From a virus: 33,502 nucleotides of DNA. Below, one piece after another: positions 33,197 through 33,502 of this stretch (position 1 is its first letter; the number at the start of each line of letters is the position of its first letter). Both the position numbers and the translations under genes were made by a program. The stretch lies in the IMG/VR virus record IMGVR_UViG_3300027987_000509; one strand, given 5' to 3'. The notes under the pieces were generated by a model. That model was not told the origin of the DNA and did no database searches. It was given only the letters and a program-made list of their open reading frames with translations.

Positions 33197-33501
33197 ATCA
33201 AGTCGTGGTCGTTGAGAGTGAATGGGTAGAACCATGGGCGATCTGCGTAATCTGGGTCGCCGTGCCTGGCGAATTCGCCGACCTCGACAGTGCAGTCGCT
33301 TTCGAAGATGAAAGCGACTTGCTCTTGATCCTTGCATCGCCAGCCAACAATGTGAATTCTGTCTACGACGCCGACAGTTCCACGCATCGCTGTCCTAGCT
33401 CGATACAAGAATTGTTGCCCAGGTTTGTATCGTTGTGTGAATTTGACGTTACCGTTGCGGTCAGTTAGGACGAATGCTCTCAGCTTCTCTCTGTCGATGT
33501 C
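33181..33501 (-). CDS. Hypothetical protein, 5' end outside window
   Basis: The frame is open to the window edge: DIDREKLRAFVLTDRNGNVKFTQRYKPGQQFLYRARTAMRG... Confidence 0.7.
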   Translation of the reverse strand, partial: DIDREKLRAFVLTDRNGNVKFTQRYKPGQQFLYRARTAMRGTVGVVDRIHIVGWRCKDQEQVAFIFESDCTVEVGEFARHGDPDYADRPWFYPFTLNDHDLIQIES

Positions 33502-33502
33502 T

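Noticed and set aside
1-33502. Stop-codon reassignment, as in some large phages
   Set aside because: The standard code gives full-length conserved genes at high density, and TAA, TAG and TGA all serve as stops.

Overview
A gene-dense segment of a large T4-like (contractile-tailed) bacteriophage genome. From left to right it holds a baseplate module (tube-initiator-like, gp53-like, minus-strand hub, gp5/VgrG-like spike, gp25, gp6) and a replication/transcription block (gp59-like, class II ribonucleotide reductase NrdJ, UvsW-like helicase, gp55-like late sigma factor). A complete head module follows (putative TerS, TerL, portal, a 1019-aa acidic core protein, prohead protease, scaffold, major capsid protein), then an accessory region of mostly monocistronic genes separated by GC-rich hairpins. 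Several accessory genes encode signal-peptide proteins resembling Planctomycetota-specific secreted proteins, which suggests a planctomycete host (inference). The best candidate for an undescribed system is a set of four unrelated cargo domains (two Cys-rich Zn-binding, one helical, one SpoT/Mesh1-like HD hydrolase) sharing an N-terminal leader MK(L/I)RxIxE(..YxGLED(A/S)DEF). The leader resembles a capsid-targeting sequence. Three of the four genes start exactly 4 nt after a YAAANNTA motif that also precedes most head and accessory units. I propose this motif is the late promoter read by the gp55-like sigma, which itself carries a Zn-ribbon insertion. I saw no tRNA, rRNA, CRISPR array, intein or transposase. 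All family calls come from motif recognition by eye, not from database searches.
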